DNA of 63,905 nt, the filler included, from Dimorphilus gyrociliatus (Eukaryota; Animalia; Annelida): assembly GCA_904063045.1 (NCBI GenBank). It is 6 parts of 6 records of this genome, joined end to end, with 100 filler letters (N's around TTAATTAATTAA, not from the genome) between each part and the next. Parts side by side here need not be neighbours in the genome. Positions count along the whole stretch, not along the records: positions 1 to 9,859 come from CAJFCJ010000167.1; positions 9,960 to 30,828 come from CAJFCJ010000189.1; 4 more parts are not named here. One strand, 5' to 3'. Below are positions 1 to 13,261 of the stretch, in pieces. The notes under the pieces were generated by a model. It did no database searches and was not told where the DNA came from. It saw nothing but the letters and a program-made list of their open reading frames with translations. The position numbers were made by a program, and so were the translations under genes. Position 1 is the stretch's first letter. Each line of letters starts with the position of its first letter.

Positions 1-1250
1 TAGAATCTTTTGTTATCTCACATTTATATAAAAAGAGTACTTCTAAATTTTGTATAGAAAAGATGGATTGGTAGCCAGTTTGATCTATTCCTGAACAATT
101 ATGGATATTTAGGTTTTGTAGTTATTTAATGAACTAATACCATCAAGAGAACTATTAGAAAAGTTACAACCTCTAAAAAAATTTCTTTTAAATTAGATAA
201 ATTCCAGACTTGGTTAAGACCGTATGAGTCAACATTACAATCTACTAAACTTAATTTTCTAAGAATTGATAAGTTTTCAATTCCATATAACGTATCATTG
301 TTTATTTTGAGGTAATTAATTGTTAATTCTTCTATAGTAGTGCAAAAAAATACATCTTCTAGAGAACATATGTTTTGTAAAGGTTCATCTAAATGTATTA
401 TCAATTTTTTAGGTGTTATTAAAATTTTTAGTATGCTTATTTCTTCATTGTTGGTATAATAAAAATTGATTTCTTCGAGATTATACAATTCGTATATCTT
501 TTTGAAAATTTGTTGTTCCAAAATTACTATTCATTAAAAGCAATTTAATGCTTTTAAGACTTTTTTGTATTTTTAGACTATCTAGTGAATTTGTTTCGAG
601 ATTACAGAACTTTAAAAATAATCTTTCTAGGTTTGATAATTTACTTATGATATCAAAATCATCTTTTGTAAAATTATTATCACTAAGATCTAGTATTTTT
701 AATTTTTGCATTCGTGAAAAATTAATTGGTATTTGGCATTACAATCGGAAATATTTAACTCAACTAAATTTTTTAAGTTAGCAATACCTTCAAATTTTTT
801 CCGAGGTGTTTCATTTCCACCTACATTTAATATCTCCAAATTCTCCAATATACTTATATTAGTCAATGAATTTGTACTCAAATAACAAATTTCCATTTTT
901 AATTCTGTTAAGCATTTTAATTTAAATAAATCAGATAAGAATTGGCTATCGCTGAGATCAGTATAGTATAGGATTAGCTTTCTTAGCGACCCTGCTCTGT
1001 TAATATTTTTTAAATGGACTGGTTTTATAGTACTACTACTTAAGTCAAGACATTCTAAGTTTTTTACGTCAAAAATTGACTGAAGTTCTTCTCGAGTCAA
1101 ACCACTTATTTCTTTGATTATTAATATGTATAGATTTTCTAGCTTATTGATATTTATTAGTCTATTTTTATAAAAGTTGCAATCTGATATGTTTAAGTAT
1201 TCGAGAGTGTCTAGTTGGAATATTCTATCTAAGTGATTAACACTGTTTTT
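1..1250 (-). pseudogene. Frameshifted leucine-rich-repeat gene (ORF pieces 699-1100, 481-711, 126-521 plus extensions)
   Basis: LxxLxLxxCxL repeats (LEYLNISDCNF, LECLDLSSS, LKILDLSDNNF, LRKLSLVDCNV) continue across frames. Breaks at about 717-721 (T5 run, one T short), about 495 and about 180. Runs off the window start. Confidence 0.75.
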
Positions 1251-1659
1251 TTAACTTTTTTCTATAAGTGTAGTGTAAATTAAACATATGTTTAATAAGA
1301 ATAGAAGTGTAGATTTTAAGATATTCATAAAAAAGGGATTATAAATTTTTATAAATATGCTTTTCTAGGGTAATCAGATAATTGTTACTTATTAATTTAT
1401 TGAAAAAATTTTGAAATAAAACGGTATTATAAACCGGTCACACATATATTTCACATCTTCTACTTTAATATATAAATATAAAATCTATTTTATAGAAAAA
1501 TTATTGTATGATTAGAAGTATTTCTTAGAACTGTATTCAGTAGATTCAAAAGTATAACCAATCATTATTAATATAAAAAAAGGGCAAAAGGCATTTTTAT
1601 CAGATCCGTTCTCCTTTTTTTCTATATTTTAAAAAAACATTTGATTTTCAGATGATTAA

Positions 1660-1853
1660 TAATAGTTATTCTATGTTTTAAAGCTCAAGGTTTTCATAAT
1701 TTAATAGGATACTCATGTTTTTTAATTTTATTTATCAAATTTTTATTCCTTTAAGTATTTTAAGTAATAGTTATTTTATGTTTTAAAGCTCAAGGTTTTT
1801 CATTATTTATTAGGATACTCATGTTTTTTAATTTTTATTCCTTTAAGTATTTT
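1660..1853. repeat. Imperfect direct duplication, unit about 105 bp
   Basis: taatagttatt(c/t)tatgttttaaagctcaaggtttt...ggatactcatgttttttaattt begins at 1660 and at 1765. Confidence 0.85.
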
Positions 1854-2396
1854 TAAATGGTTGTTTATATGTAATTTATAGTAAATAGCTGAATTCTTAT
1901 TATTGAATATTATTTTAGCATTTTTGTATGATTAATAAATAAATTTTGTCTTTTTAATTTTATACTTTTTTATAATTCTTTATTCAAGTGACTGAATATA
2001 ATAATATTACTTTATAATACGATTTCCTTTACTACAATATTCAACCTAAGACCTTTTATTTTTTTTTCTAAGAATTTTTTGTTCAAGTGGCTGAATTGAT
2101 AATATTACATTAGTAGAAAATAGAGTGGATTAAGATTTATGATTTTGTACCATTTAGGTGAACAGATACTTTTCAATAGTAAAGGCATTTTACTGTGTAG
2201 AATTATAGATTATAATCTAATGACATGAAAATATTCAATAATAGTCCTACTAGCTATTTAATCCCCTTTTTATTTCTATATTTTCATATTCGACATAAAA
2301 ACTGTAAAAGTTAATTAGTTCAAAGCAATTCGATTATATGCTAGTGTGTTTATTTGGTACTGATTCTTTCCTGTTTACTATCAATACAGTATTACA

Positions 2397-2471
2397 AATA
2401 CATTCTTATTAATACATTCTTATTAATATATTCTTACAAATACATTCTTATCAATACATTCTTATTAATAC
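2397..2471. repeat. 14-bp tandem repeat (aatacattcttatt) x5
   Basis: Read directly from sequence. Confidence 0.9.
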
Positions 2472-3442
2472 TTGAAAATGTTCTTTTTCGCCTCATTTAC
2501 TGTATTTTTTATACTAGCTATTTTTAAATTGGCAATTCCGCAACCTAGAATTATAAAAATAAATTAAAGCTCTCTACTGTAGCTATTTAATACACGTATT
2601 AGAGTTTTTCTTTAAGTTACTAATCCGTATTTATAAAAATTTATACTCTTCGTTTTTGAACAACTCTAGTCGTTTAATATTTTTCATTTTTTAGTATTAA
2701 TTTAAATCTCTATATTTTTTTAGTATATCTTTTCTAGATGATCTTTCAGTCTATTCAAAAATCTATTGATTTGACAACACAACTATAAAAAATAGACTCT
2801 TAGGTTATTTTAAAATTGTAAATGATAAAAAAGAATTTTAATGTATTAATAATGTGTAAAACATAATAAAAAGTCCGAATATCAAATTACTAATTTAAAT
2901 TAAGATATACAAATAGGCTTATAAATGCTCAGATTTATAAATTTCAGTTGTTTAAGGTTAATTTGTCATTATTACTATTCAACTCTTTAATTATGAAATA
3001 ATTACATCTTTGATTATTAAAACATTAGCTAAGTATTCAACTCTTAAATTATAAAATCATTTTATACGAGAAAACGTAACGATAACATTTTAAAATATTC
3101 CTCAGATTATTAAAAGAATTGAAATCTTTTTATTTTAGTTTTAGTCAAATAATAAAGATTGTACATTTTATATTAAATGTTTCTTCTAGTATAAAAATTA
3201 AAAAAAAAGAATATTTACTATTTAATGTGTGTTTTTTTATCTACCATTGATAAATTTATAGACGAAATAGATCTCCTACCATATATTATTATACTTATAA
3301 GAAGAATTAACATATAAAAACATTTCCAGTAAACTAGAAGAATCTAATGCTTATATCTCAACATTTTCACTTTTTTTAAATCTTGAAAACAAAATACAAT
3401 TATATACGTTTTAGTTAAACAAAATAAATCCATTTTATTAGA

Positions 3443-3590
3443 TATTAGTAAATATTAATATATCAGTAAATATTAATATATTAGTAGATATGAATATATT
3501 AGTACTTTTTAATATATCAGTATTTTATAATATATCAGTAAATATTAACATATCAGTACTTTTTAATATATCAGTAAATATTAATATATT
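3443..3590. repeat. About 18-bp tandem repeat (tattaatatatcagtaaa-like), about 8 copies
   Basis: Read directly; units are degenerate. Confidence 0.8.
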
Positions 3591-3831
3591 ATTAGAACTG
3601 GTGCTGTTTTAAAACATTTAAATGTCTTTGATTTATGAATTTACTTAATATAAAAAACAAAGAAATTCATCGATAGAGTGTTTAATTATAAATATTTATG
3701 TAAAATTACAAGGCTTTAGCAATTAGTATGTAATATTGTAATTTTAAACTTTATTATGTTTAAATAGATAATAAATAAAATTAATTAAGATATTTTCTAA
3801 TCTGTTTATTTTTATTTTATAATTTATTATA

Positions 3832-5298
3832 CAGTGAGGGACAAAAAAAATGGGACACCCTAAAAAATGAGTTTAAAAAAGGTATAGCTAAAATGTAAAA
3901 TAGTGATGTGGTCTTGTATTAATTAAATAAAAATTTTTATAATTCATTATTTTTAAGGTCATATTTTTGTTGGGATTTGATGAATTTTTTAAAAAACAGG
4001 GACAAAAAAAATGGGACACTTACTAAAAAATCCAATTTAATACTTAGTATGACCTCCTTTCATGTTAAATACAGCTTCTGCTCTTCTTGGCATACTATCT
4101 ATAAGCTTTCTTATATATGCTAATGGTATATTATTCCATATTCGGGTTATTTCCTCCTTTAATTGATTGATTGATTTTATGTGTATTTTTTCTAGCTTAG
4201 ATTCTATAACCCCCCATACGTGTTCTATTGGGTTCAAATCCGGACTCTGGGCTGGCCATTCTAATAATTTAATGTTCTTTTCGGTGAAAAACTCCATTGT
4301 TAACTTTGATTTATGACATGGAGCGTTATCTTGTTGAAAGATATGGTCTTTTATCAGGCGTTTGGTTCTTTCTAATTCAAAAATATTTGATAATAGACTA
4401 ATATACTTCATGGAGTTCATTGTTCCTTCAATGAAAGTTAACTCACCTACACCTTCATAGCTAATATAGCCCCACACCATTACACCTCCTCCACCAAATT
4501 TTACAATCTTTACTGTATTTGCATCATGGTACTCAGAATTTATTTTTCTGTACACTATAACTCTTTTGTTGCTATTGGATAAGCAAAATTTGCTTTCATC
4601 ACTATAAATTATTTTTCTAAAAAAATCATCACTATTGAATAAAATCTTTTTCGAAAAATTTAGTCTTTGCAGTCTATGTAGACGAGATAAGAAAGACTTT
4701 CTCCGTGCTATTCTAGCATGTATTCCTCTACTCTTTAAACATCGTATAACTGTTTTTTTTGATACTTGAATATTAGCTTTTTCCTCAAGCTTTCTTGCTA
4801 GTTGATTTCCTACTAGTCTCGATTTTCTTCTGATATTTTTTGTAAAACATCTATTTGGTCACTATCAAGCGATAGACGTCTACCAGAACCTTTTTTTCTA
4901 AATATATCTCCATTATCCTTGATTTTTTTACAATTCTTCCAATAGTAGATTTACTTATTTGCATTATCTCCGAGATTTTTCTGATGGAATACTTTGCTTT
5001 TCTTAATCCTAAAACCTCACCAATCTCTATTTTACTAATATGTTTTGCCATAGGGATAAGTTTTAAGGTATTTTATAAAATTTTTAGCTCATTTTGTAAC
5101 TTTTTAGTAAGTGTCCCATTTTTTTGTCCCTGTTTTTTAAAAAATCCATCAAATCCCAACAAAAATATGACCTTAAAAATAATGAATTATAAAAATTTTT
5201 TATTTAATTAATACAAGACCACATCACTATTTTACATTTTAGCTATACCTTTTTTAAACTCATTTTTTAGGGTGTCCCATTTTTTTTGTCCCTCACTG
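3832..5298 (-). mobile_element. Tc1-like DNA transposon, DD34E, IR/DR-type, 198-bp TIRs, TA target duplication
   Basis: TIRs 3832-4029 and 5101-5298 (cagtgagggacaaaaaaaatgggacac...). TA on both sides (3830-3831, 5299-5300). Each TIR carries the agggacaaaaaaaatgggacac motif twice. Confidence 0.95.
4037..5051 (-). pseudogene. Tc1 transposase, three 1-nt frameshifts in the N-terminal half
   Basis: HTH start MAKHISK...ISKSTIGRIV; GSGRR linker; IYSDESKF; VMVWG; FQQDNAPCH and WPAQSPDLNPIEHVW with 34 residues between D and E. Confidence 0.93.
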
Positions 5299-5300
5299 TA

Positions 5301-5502
5301 TAGCTTATTAGAAATATAGAAGATAGTAATTAATTAAGATAGGTTGTATTTTTATTTTATAATTTATTATATAGCTTATTAGAAATATAGAAGATAGTAA
5401 TTAATTAAGATAGGTTGTATTTTTATTTTATAATTTATTATATAGCTTATTAGAAATATAGAAGATAGTAGTTAATTAAGATAGGTTGTATTTTTATTTA
5501 TA
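5301..5502. repeat. 71-bp tandem repeat, about 2.8 copies
   Basis: Units start at 5301, 5372 and 5443 (tagcttattagaaatatagaagatag...ataatttattata). Confidence 0.92.
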
Positions 5503-5973
5503 ACGAAATATACTCTTTTATTAATATTTTAAACATTTTTTTATATCTTAATATTGAAATACTTTAAATTTTCTATAAAGCAATCCTTTCTTAATTTAAA
5601 GTACTAGTAAAAGAATATATTTCGTTATAAATAAAATACGCACTTTTTATATTTATAAATACTTAATTCAGAGTAAGCTTTTTCTTATAACATTTCATTG
5701 TAAATAAAACTTAGCTGTATCTTTTAATGTAGAACTATTGTATTTAAAATATTAGAAAATCTGTATTAAAGATAATTAGAATATAAAATAGTAATGATTA
5801 GAATAGCTTAGTATAGTTAATTATTGAATTCTTAATATCTTTAATTTATTTTTATATAAATGAGAAATAAGAAAGAGGTAGCTAACGATATTTATAGACT
5901 TTATAGAGAAGAGAATCAAAAGCATTAACTTTTATATACATTATATATATGTTATACATGTGTTATAATAATA

Positions 5974-7156
5974 CAGGGGATGTCACCATAATTTCACGTT
6001 TTGTAACTCAAAAGTGTCATTTTTTTATTTCGATTTTTTAACCCTTTTTTATCATTCAAAAATACCATAAAATAACCCCCTTAATGGGTAAGGAGATTTC
6101 TGCTGAAATGGGAAAATTACTTCTTGAGTACTTTGAACAAGATAATTTATTTCTAACAAAAATACCAAAAGGTTAAAACAAAATAGATCTATTATCAGCA
6201 AATAATAAAGTATATATATCAAAACAGGTTCGATACAAGCGGACAAGCGTGGTGGAGTGGTAATTGTAAGATCCTTCAAGTCCATAAAAATAAAATCATG
6301 GAGTACTTGGATGTAAATGCTTCATTAACTTAAAGAAGTAAAACCTGTTTACAATGAGATCCTGATCTAAATTTAAGTATAAAAAACGCTGATAGGGCAA
6401 TTTAAGAAGTGCTATAACTTGAAACATCTCGATTTTGTCCCAGAAAAGAGAAGCTCGAATAATACGATAGTGGAGCGTTACATATACACAAGAAGCTTTT
6501 ACAAAATGATCAGCAAGAATGATGATCATAATTTATTTTATATTGATGAGAATGGCTTCAATTTAACAATGAGAAGTAGTCGTGAAAGACCAGCTATTGG
6601 TTCTAGATCTATCATGTCTGTTACAAGAGTCAGATCAAAGAACATCAATACATGTTGTACTATAAGTAAAGATGGAAGATTCACCATAAAAACATAGTTT
6701 TATCTTATAATTCTTTAAGATTTATTTTATTTCTCGAAGAGTGAGTTTGTATTTTCAATAATAAAGGTGTCACAGAGACGATATTAATTATGAATAATGT
6801 ACCTTTCCATAAAAAAACAGAGAATAGGAATTATGTTTTATCAAGTGGTGTATCTTCCACCATATAATCTATTCTTAAATCCTATTAATAATGTTTTTTC
6901 ATAGTGGAAGTCAATAGTCAAGGGTACAATATGCTAAACTTAAGAAAACTGATTAGCTTAATATATATCGCAGCTAATCGAATTTTAACAAGTCAGTGTT
7001 AACAATATTATCGAAATATATTGAAATTTTTGACAAAATGTGTTGCCAAAGAAGTAATTTTAGATGAATAAAAATTTAAATTTTTTAAAAAATACATGTT
7101 TTTATTGTACGATATTTTTTAAATGACAAAATGTGAAATTAAGGCGACACTCCCTG
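5974..7156 (+). mobile_element. Degenerate IS630/Tc1-superfamily transposon with about 33-bp imperfect TIRs and TA duplication
   Basis: Left cagggga-tgtcaccataatttcacgttttgt; right end reverse-complements to cagggagtgtcgccttaatttcacattttgt; TA flanks. Broken + strand transposase from ATG 6084 with FYIDENGFNL, LIMNNVPFHK and YLPPYNLFLNPINNVFS*WK. Confidence 0.88.
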
Positions 7157-7369
7157 TATATTAATCTATATATTAATTTATTATACTATATACATATATG
7201 TTATATATCTATTATACTATTATATTATAGTAATACTATATACATATGTTATATCTCTATTATATATCTGTTATGATTTTAAAGAAATTTTTATAAAACT
7301 AGATTATATGATCATGAAAAGAACGATCACTAAAAAGTGTTTTTAATAAAATTAATTAGAAGAGGCCTT

Positions 7370-9207
7370 CTACCTTCTAAACTCAAAATGCGTTCTTTGT
7401 TTTTCTCTCAAGGTTAAAAGCCGTTTCATCGTATATTTGTCAACTGAACGGGGAATAGTTAATTCTATATACTTTAAGTATTTCATTTTTAATATTGTAT
7501 TAACATCAGGTACTTCTAAATAATAAATGTTACGTAAAATCAACCTCTTGATATATTTTAATGCTCGAAGCTTTATAACAAAATTTTGATTAGTCTTAGA
7601 GAAATCAAGGTTTAGCTCAGTTAATGATCTCATTTCAGATATTCTTATGAAATCATCTTCATTTAAGCTATAGTTGTTTAGCAGAGATATACTATTAATG
7701 TTTTTTAGGGATTTTAATTGTGCGATAAGACCTCCTTGTAAGAAACAGTTGTTTAAATTTAATATTCTAAGTCTTTTCATTTTATTGATATTAACAAAAT
7801 CATTACTATTCAATGTACTTATACCTTTTAGGCTAATCTCCTTAATATTTTGTATTTTCCTTAACATTTCAATGTAATTAATAGGTAAATTACATTCTGA
7901 TAAATTTAGAGCTTCTAGATTTTTCATATTAGAAATTGTAAGATAGTCTTTTTTACTTAATCTCCAATTCTGCGCCAATTCTATCCTCTTGAATCTGTTT
8001 AGATTTTCTAATTGAGAAATATGGTTGGTAAACGATCCATAACCATTTAATGTCAGACTTTTTAAATTATCAAACCTATTTAATATTTTAAAGTCTTTAG
8101 GTTGTAAATTTAAATTGAAACTTATATTAAGTGTTCTTATTTTATTCAACGTTCCAATTAATTCAAACTTTTCGCTATTTAAGTCACATTTCTCTAAATT
8201 CAAATCTTCTAGATCCACCATTTTTGCAATTACTTTGAAACATAAAACATCTAAGCATTTGATAAACGACAAATCTAATTTTTTACTTTGTTTTGTGACG
8301 CCAATAGTGTAAAAGATTGAGCTTGTAAAACACAATGACTTATATTTATATCTTCTATATTTTTCATATTAGCTATTGCTTTAAATGCGCCTGAGTTCAA
8401 TTGACTGTTATAAGATAAGTCTAATAGTCTAATATTAGTCAATTTTCCTATGTCATTTATTAGCGAGTTATTAAAATTGCAGTGCTTAAGTATTAAAGAC
8501 TCTAAGTTATGCATTCTTGTTATAGCCAGTATATCAAAAAGATTCAAACTTTTATTATATTCTAAATTTAATTTTTTTATTTTACTTAAATTTCCAAGTT
8601 TCTCTACTAAATCTGGCTTAAGATAACATTTACTTAAGTTTAATTCTATTAGATTAGGAACTTTCGCTATTTCTATGAAATGCTCAGCTATAAAATATTC
8701 ATTTTGAGATAAATCTAAAATACATAAATTCTCCATTTTTTGTAATTCGCTGATCATCTGAACACTTAATCCGCATCTACTCAAACTAAGTTTATTTATT
8801 GTATTAATACTAGAAATATGTCTAAAATCTGCTTCGTTTAGTCTTTCATTATCATTTAAAATAAGTACTTTTAATGTATTTGAAGCTTTTATATTATCAA
8901 AAAAGTTGTCAATATTGTTTAAGTTTTGTGCGTCTAAATACTCCAAATACTCAAGATCAAATATATCATGTATAAATTTTACTTCAGATTCTTGAGTTTG
9001 TGGCACTTCAGAGGATTGATTATGTTTAACGTTAGGACGCTTAAATATATTAAAAAGTCTTTTTGTTTTACTATTTTTTAAATTGCTAAACTTTGAGATG
9101 TAATTGTGATTTATTGGATTATGATCACTTGTTAATATAAAGTTATAATGAAAAGTAATACAAAATAAGAGCCATTTATTTAAACTACTCATTTTAATAT
9201 AAAACAT
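7370..9207 (-). CDS. Secreted leucine-rich-repeat protein, about 610 aa, split by one 1-nt deletion in an A run (8279-8284)
   Basis: N-terminal hydrophobic stretch (KWLLFCITFHYNFILT); many ~25-aa LRRs. Adding one A joins QNKVK to KLDLSFIKCLD. CCCC lies immediately upstream of the ATG. Confidence 0.85.
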
Positions 9208-9859
9208 GGGGCTAGTATTTCACATATATTTATTATTTACTACATATATTTATTATTTACTATTTTTGGTAATTATCTATTTTTTAGAAATGATCAATTT
9301 TTTACATATTCTTAAAAAATAGCAATTTGGTCTTTCTTACTAAATTTGTTTTTTTGATTATTTTTTAAATAATCTCTCTGATGTTTCTCATTTGAGAAAA
9401 ATAAATTACTTTTTTAAATAATCTTTCTAATGTAAGTAAGATAATTTACTTTTTGATTTCCACTTATTCTAGTTAATTAAAACACATTACCATTAAAAAC
9501 AAGTCAATTAAAAAAATATTATTTTTATTAATAAAGATAATAATTTAATACAATGCTGTTTTTATAAAATATAGATATCAAACTTAACCATGGCCTTATT
9601 TTCTTTATAATTTTATAAGTTGTGATATAATTTATACAGTTCTTGTTACATTCTTCTCTTTTAATATCTTCCTTCTTAGCTATTCTTACTTTCTGATTAA
9701 CTTCAAAGTCTTTTCATTTTCAGTGAGTTTTTTAATTTATTACTACACTCTTTTACTAATTGACTTTAACACTCTTTTTATATTCTTCCATTGAATTATC
9801 ATATTTTATCTATTTTCTTTCCTTTGCTAATTTTAATTACCTTCCTATCCGCCATTTTT

Positions 9860-9959
9860 NNNNNNNNNNNNNNNNNNNNNNNNNNNNNNNNNNNNNNNNN
9901 NNNTTAATTAATTAANNNNNNNNNNNNNNNNNNNNNNNNNNNNNNNNNNNNNNNNNNNN
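9860..9959. other. Artificial contig linker N44-TTAATTAATTAA-N44
   Basis: 44 N, a 12-mer with stops in all six frames, 44 N; identical at five places. Confidence 0.98.
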
Positions 9960-11425
9960 GAAGAGGGGAGCTTCTCGAATTTCAAACAATTAAAATCATT
10001 AATTATCGATGGGACTGGCCTCTCTTACAAATCTCTTAGAATAATTTTTAAAGACATTACACAAATCCATCAACTTTCTACAAGTTCATCAAAAGTTTGC
10101 TGTTTGTCAATGAAATATCTAACTATACACTTTCAATGTAGACAGAATGATCACGTGTCCTATCCTGATTGCATAATGCTGATTGGTTCAAAAATAAAGA
10201 GAATTTTCTACTGGATTATAGGAGTCATTGGTTGTTTAGGGAATGTGATATTGGCTGCTTTTTTATTAAAATTAGATAGCATTTCTAAACATTTTAAGCA
10301 ATTATTGAATTTGGCAGATCTCTTTACATCGTTCTATATCTTATCTATAGCCACAGTTGATTCTTATTATCAAAAGACTTTCCTAGAAAATAGTGAAGAA
10401 TGGATTAATAGTGAATTTTGTCATTTTTTAGATATCATTATGAATTTTTCTCTCCTCTTATCTTCAATAAGTATATTAATGATAACTTTGGAAAGGAATG
10501 TAGTTGTGAAATATCCATTGAAGAAATCAAAATCTGGAAAATTTAAATACATATCTAGCCTGATAACAATAGGAATTTGCCTTTTCATTTCAACAGTCTC
10601 TTCTAGATTTTTCAGAGTATAATTCACTTTTCCAGTAAAGGGAAAACTCGCACCCACTCTAAAAAGTTTTGGACTATAATTAGGTTACTAGTGTGGTTGG
10701 AATGTAGTATAAAAGTTTAATAACTTTAGGGTTAGGGTTAGGGTAAAACTAGCAAAATAGGGATGAGTTTTCCCATACCCATTGATTTTGTAGCATTTTC
10801 ACTGTTAAACAAACAATTCTCTTTCAAGTACTCTAATCAAGAAAAACCAGACAAGTGTTTTACTTTTTTTGATTTAAGAGAGGATGAAAAAAATATGATA
10901 TTTCTATTTATTATCTATTGCCTGGTTATACCTACAATCAATTTTCTTATGCTCTATTCAAATTGCCAATTAATTGCAATAATAAAAAAATCAGTCAAAC
11001 TATTTCAACATTCAAAAACTAGAAGAAAGATTAATCCTTGTGTTTTACTTTTTGCTATAAATTACGTTCTAATCTGGACAGTAATCTCTATATTTGGTTA
11101 GAGTAAAAGAAGCGTTGAAATTATTTTGTTTAGGGGTTTGGAGGAAGATTTTTCACCTTAATCTATAAAGTATATGATGCCGAGAAGAACACTCTTCCCA
11201 ACCCCTCACAATCAACTTTCCTTCAATTCATTGTTTCTTTTTTTTTCATTGGTTCTAAGTTTTTTTTTATTCTTTTCAAAGCATTCACTTAAAAATCATC
11301 AAATTGAATGGATAGTAATAATTGTTTTACCATTCAATTCAGTAATTAATCCATTCATTACTTCTTATCAAGAAATAGTCGAAGCTGTTTCCGCATATAA
11401 ATATAAAAAGTCTGTGAAAAGGTAA
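9960..11425 (+). CDS. GRL101/RXFP-like LRR-containing GPCR (LRR tail, hinge, 7TM), 5'-truncated by the contig edge, spliced
   Basis: Open from 9960 (SFSNFKQLKSLII..KVCCLS..C..DC..LI), TM1 FYWIIGVIGCLGN, NLADL, ITLER, TM7 IVLPFNSVINP. Probable introns 10617-10828 and from about 11097; last acceptor uncertain. Confidence 0.8.
10635..10780 (-). mobile_element. Degenerate telomere-repeat MITE relative inside a GPCR intron
   Basis: ttagggttagggttagggtaaaact between the inverted motifs gggaaaactc / gagttttccc; no clear TSD. Confidence 0.4.
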
Positions 11426-13015
11426 AAGAAAATGCTTGAATAATGTAGCGTGATTTAACATTCTCTCCTTCTTTCCTTCAAGATCACTTTTAGTCGGAAA
11501 AACTGCAAGAGATAGTTTTGAAAACTGTAAAATACTTTTATCTCTCAAGATAAAATTTTGATTATTGAATATTTCCTATTTGCAGTGTTTAGATTTATCA
11601 AACATCAAGAGAAATATAATTTAATTATATTCAATTTTTGTGACTATTCAAAACTAGAAATTAACAAACACTTCTATACAGAATTTCAATATTTTCATTG
11701 TTTTTCAAGAATAACATATTCAATTTTTGCAGTTCATAAATTTAATTACTGTTTACAGGGTCAATTTTCAACAGAAAACATTGTCAATAAAGTTGAGTAG
11801 ATTAGCTCACTTTAGGCTTAGCCCCAACCTCTAACCCTTAGCCCTAATTAAAATTGTAATTTTTCAGAAAGCAAACTTCAAAATATACTTGCAAACTGAA
11901 AAATTATACATGAATGAGACACTAAATGATACTGAAGATATATTTGCATTAGGAATAATATTAAAGAAAATACTACAGAAGAGAAAAAGGTATGAAAAAA
12001 ATATAATACAGTCAACATAGTCAGTCATTATTTACACAGATATTTATAATGTTCCACTTTTTATCAATTTGTCTTTGTTTTTAAATGAATTGTTATTTCA
12101 AAAATACAATCAACCAATCACAATTAAGGATAAATTTTGTCACTTATTCTAATAAGGATTAATGTTAGGGTTTTTTGGTCTTTTTTTGATATTTTCTAGC
12201 TACAAGACCTACCAACGTTCCGAGTTATAAATATGCATATCATTCTCTGTTTAAAAAGTAATATCCAATCATATATTCCATGACGTTTTCTCCCCAAAAT
12301 CAAATAATATCCAAATGAACATTTCGTATTGTTACGTAATTTTGTCAGTATTTATTGTCAATAATGCATTTACAAGGGTGTTAAAGTAATCAGCTTCTAA
12401 AAAAGTTAGTAAAGGCGTCTAGGCTGTTGGTGACTGACTGTCACAGTCTGACTAACATCTAGCCTAACTGATACCCATCGGCTGACTTTTGATTACTTTT
12501 CGTCGTTGTTTCAAACTGCACCGATTAGCTTGAAATTCTGAAGCAACGAAGAGCGAATATGCCTGAGTTCCTGTTAAAAATTTGGGCTAAAGCGGGACAA
12601 ACAGTTATAAAATGGCACCTTGTTTTTTTATATCTGTCACCCTTTCCTTTTCAAGTCAAATATGTATGACTGAATGAATAAATGGACGCAGCCAAATGGA
12701 TAAAATATTGGATCGAACCTCTCAAATCAATTTCTGAAACCACGAGTATTTCATTCAAAGAATACTTATAGGATTAGTAAGTTTCTAATTCTAAACAAAT
12801 TAAAGTAATAAGCTGAAGCACTAGAATATTAAATGATCAACTGTTCAATTTATGAAATTTACATGAATTTACAAGTGTTGATAACTGACTTGTAAAAATA
12901 TTTGAACAAGCAAAAGTAAGACTAATAACGAAGAAAAAAATTCTAAATATTGTTGTTGAGAGTTGTTGTTCTATATTTTTAGAAGATACCTGTAAAATAT
13001 TCACTATCAATGATT

Positions 13016-13261
13016 TCATAATTCATCTTTTAATTGTAGACTTTCTTGGTGGAAATCTTTGATTTTGGATTTTACTTCTGGGGTGATAAAATCAAAAACT
13101 TTTCCAGAGCAAGTAGGCATTTTATCTTTTTCTTCATTGAGAAAGGTGTACAGCTCAGAAAAAAATTCATCTTTTCTCTTTAGAATTTCCTCTACAAGAT
13201 TATTTTTAGGAATCTTACGAGCTAAGGACATCATCTTAGCTGAGCTACTAGTTCTAAACAA
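13016..13261 (-). CDS. Small ORF of unknown function downstream of a diverged copy of the ~360-bp dispersed repeat
   Basis: 81-aa ORF (ATG at KMMSLARK); no recognisable motif. Confidence 0.25.
   Translation of the reverse strand: MFRTSSSAKMMSLARKIPKNNLVEEILKRKDEFFSELYTFLNEEKDKMPTCSGKVFDFITPEVKSKIKDFHQESLQLKDEL

Noticed and set aside
7674-8312. Plus-strand ORFs 7674-7877 and 8115-8312; likewise 548-781, 18966-19190, 24269-24658, 26282-26629, 33070-33336, 51019-51216
   Set aside because: Antisense to well-supported genes, with no motifs of their own
9904-9915. TTAATTAATTAA palindrome as a biological site (all five copies)
   Set aside because: Always centred in exactly 44+44 N; an assembly linker with stops in six frames
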